64,000 nucleotides of DNA, from NCBI RefSeq assembly GCF_001194135.2, contig NC_069007.1, positions 10,709,536 to 10,773,535 of the forward strand. The letters are read 5' to 3'. A program made the position numbers and the translations under genes. Origin of the DNA: Octopus bimaculoides. Taxonomy: Eukaryota. Shown piece by piece: positions 61,415 through 64,000 of the stretch (positions are counted from its first letter, which is position 1; each line of letters begins with the position of its first letter). Below the pieces are notes generated by a model, which worked only from the letters and a program-made list of their open reading frames with translations, was not told the DNA's origin and made no database searches.

Positions 61415-62042
61415 TTAACCCTTTAGCATTTAAACTGGTCATACCTGGCCCAAATTAAATGACCATTTTATGTTCAAACCAGCCAGATCTGGCCTCTTAC
61501 ACCTTGCAATCAATATCATTCTAAAAATATACTATCAGATCATCAAAATCTTGATGCTATGAGACAATGCATGATTACTTAAAAGCAATGTGAATAAATA
61601 AGTATTAAATTTGATTGAGTAATCTGAATGCTGAAGAGTTAAACAGTTTGAAAAACATATGAGGGGCCACTTGGCAATCTGCTGAGAAACATTGAGTTTC
61701 TTTGATAAAACGTATTCTGAAGACCATTCCCTGATAAAAAAAAAATGTTCAATCTTTCATCATAACATACCACTGCTACATAGACTGCACATTTGCTATT
61801 ACTCAAATATCTCTTAACCCTTTAGCATTTAAACCGGCCATATCTGGCTGAAATGTCCTACTTTTTTTATGTTCAAATTGGTCAGATCCAGCCTCTCACA
61901 CAGACCCTATAATGTCATTCTTACAAATAAGCAATTGCATCATTGAAATCTTGGAGCTATATGAAAATGCATGTTTAATTCAAAACAATATAAGTTAATA
62001 AGCATTACATTTGACAGAACAATCTGAATGCTAAAGGGTTAA
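61415..62042. mobile_element. Two piggyBac-like MITE copies (61415-61642 and 61814-62042)
   Basis: Each reads TTAA-CCCTTTAGCATT..AATGCT(G/A)AAG(A/G)G-TTAA. Confidence 0.8.
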
Positions 62043-64000
62043 AGGGCTGTTCTTGATGTGTTGCTCATTCTCTTAAAGGGCTGTTCTTGATGTGTTGCTC
62101 ATGTAATGACATTCTTTTTCTGCTGCAAGAGACTCTTAGGTATAAACTGAAAATAATAGTCTATCAACCCCAAAATATTTTCCAATTTCTTCTTTCAATT
62201 TAAGAACACTAATCTGCTTGACTATGTGATGGTCTGATCCTATCCTTTGAAATATTAATTCCTGAAAAATCTATAGAAGATGCATGATTAATACATTTAC
62301 TTAGGTTAATCAATACATTGGCTCCTTTCAGTCCAGCGATAACTGAATTTCTTGATTCTTCAATTAATTCTGGGTTGCTGAAAAATGAGCATGTCTTCTT
62401 GATAAATAATTATGTTAGTAAATTCTTTCATTATAGACTGTTCAATGAAGGAAAACGTTGTTGCTATTTTTTGAGATCTATTCCATATCTTTTGGCAAAG
62501 TAAAGATCATTTTCTTTTAATCAATTGAGGTAAAAGACAGTTGGCTGTATATGAGTGAACATTGTTTCAAACCAAAGACTTGGATAAGGAAATATTAAAT
62601 TGAAGAAAAAGTTTGTGCTGTGAGTCACCATTGAACATGACATGAACTGAATGGACACACACACCACAAAAATATATATAAAGAGCATTATTTTAACATG
62701 GCACACAAACTTTTTCTCAACCTAATATTTAAGTTTTGTCATTCAAATGTACTTTGTATTGGCACAAGTTTTTAATTTACCATTTCGCAAACCCAAACAG
62801 TTGGTTGTACGTCGTTGACACCTTCATACAGACATAGAATTTTGATTCTCATAAGTTCAAGACTGTGAAATTTATTTTCTCTTCCTTTTTTAAATGTACT
62901 GGAATTAGGCAAACACCAAACACATTTCATTTCTATATTGACCTTGTATCTTTGTCTTGTTTCAATCATTAGACTGTGGCCATGCTGGGGCACCCCCCTT
63001 GAAGAATTTTTAGTTGAATGAATTAACCCCAGAACTTATTTTCCTCCTTTTCTTTACACCAGGCAATTATTCTATCAGTTTCTCTTGCCAAACCACTAAG
63101 TTATGGAGACATAAACACACCAACACTGATTCTCAAGTGGTGATGGGGCACAAACACTGATATAAAGACATAGTTATATAAATATGATGGGCTTCTTTCA
63201 GTTTTCGTCTACCAAATCCACTCATAAGGCTTTGGTTGGCCTGGGGCTATAATAGAAGATGCTTGTCCAAAGTGTCAAGCAGTGGGACTGAACCCAGAAC
63301 TATGTGGTTGGGAAGCCATGTCTGTGCCTATAATAAGTTATTTTTTTAATCTTTTATCTTTTACGTATTTCAGTCATTAGACTGTGGCCATGCTGGGACA
63401 CCACCTTGAATTTTTAGTTGAATGTATTGACCCCAGGACTTATTTTTTAAGCCTGGTACTTATTCTATTGGTCTCTTATGCCAAACCGCTAAGTTATGGG
63501 GGACATAAACACACCAACACCGGCTGTCAAGTGATGATGGGAGACAAACACCGACACCCATACATAGATATATATACACGTATATATATAAGCTTTCATA
63601 GAATAAGCCCTGGGGTCGATTTGTTCGACTAAAGGTGGTGCTCCAGCATGGTCACAGTCAAATGACTGAAATAAATAAAAGAATATTAATAATATGGCAA
63701 ATATAACAGACTAAGTCTATATACTTCTCTTCCTCTTTTTCACCTCTCTGCCTCTGCTATTTTCTCATCTTCCTTTTCATTCTTCCCTTTTGATATTTCA
63801 TCATTTTTCCCTTTCTTTTTTTTTTTCAGCTTCCAATAATAAAATTGAATAATAAAAGAAATGATACAATTTTAGCGCATAACGTTTTTATTGGTGGTAA
63901 TCGCAAAAAAAATATTATAACATGGAGTATCTTTCAGAATGTTGACACTGAATAATCTACAAATCCACAGATAAAAAGGTTAGTAACCACAAAGATGAAG

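Noticed and set aside
1-64000. CRISPR arrays, rRNA genes or bacterial contamination
   Set aside because: No repeat-spacer array, rRNA-like sequence or prokaryotic gene organisation was seen.

Overview
AT-rich, intron-containing eukaryotic DNA with nine N gaps. The SINE types, the dense (TA)n/(CA)n/(CAT)n microsatellites and the TGEKP-linked zinc-finger array fit an octopus (coleoid cephalopod) scaffold; this organism call is an inference. Three host genes are supported. A C2H2 zinc-finger gene lies on the minus strand (9079 to the gap at 10049). A complete 153-aa ORMDL lies on the minus strand (coding exons 25591-25764, 24466-24617 and 19976-20111; probable non-coding exon 1 near 35360-35460). 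TMEM69 lies on the plus strand with a single-exon CDS (49180-50031). The rest is transposon-derived: rearranged Gypsy fragments, four SINE families, mariner, hAT, pogo-like and piggyBac-like MITEs, and RTE relics. Main leads: (1) a 1675-bp ORF1-only non-LTR element with an intact ORF, inserted with a 6-bp TSD into a SINE head and sharing a covarying 3' stem-loop tail with a subfamily of that SINE; (2) a tRNA-headed SINE ending in a Penelope-type hammerhead motif, inserted as an inverted dimer with an 11-bp TSD, also into a SINE head; (3) an ORMDL with substitutions at residues recalled as forming the human ceramide-sensing pocket; (4) a Gypsy lacking reverse transcriptase through frame-preserving deletions. 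All alignments were done by eye and no searches were run.
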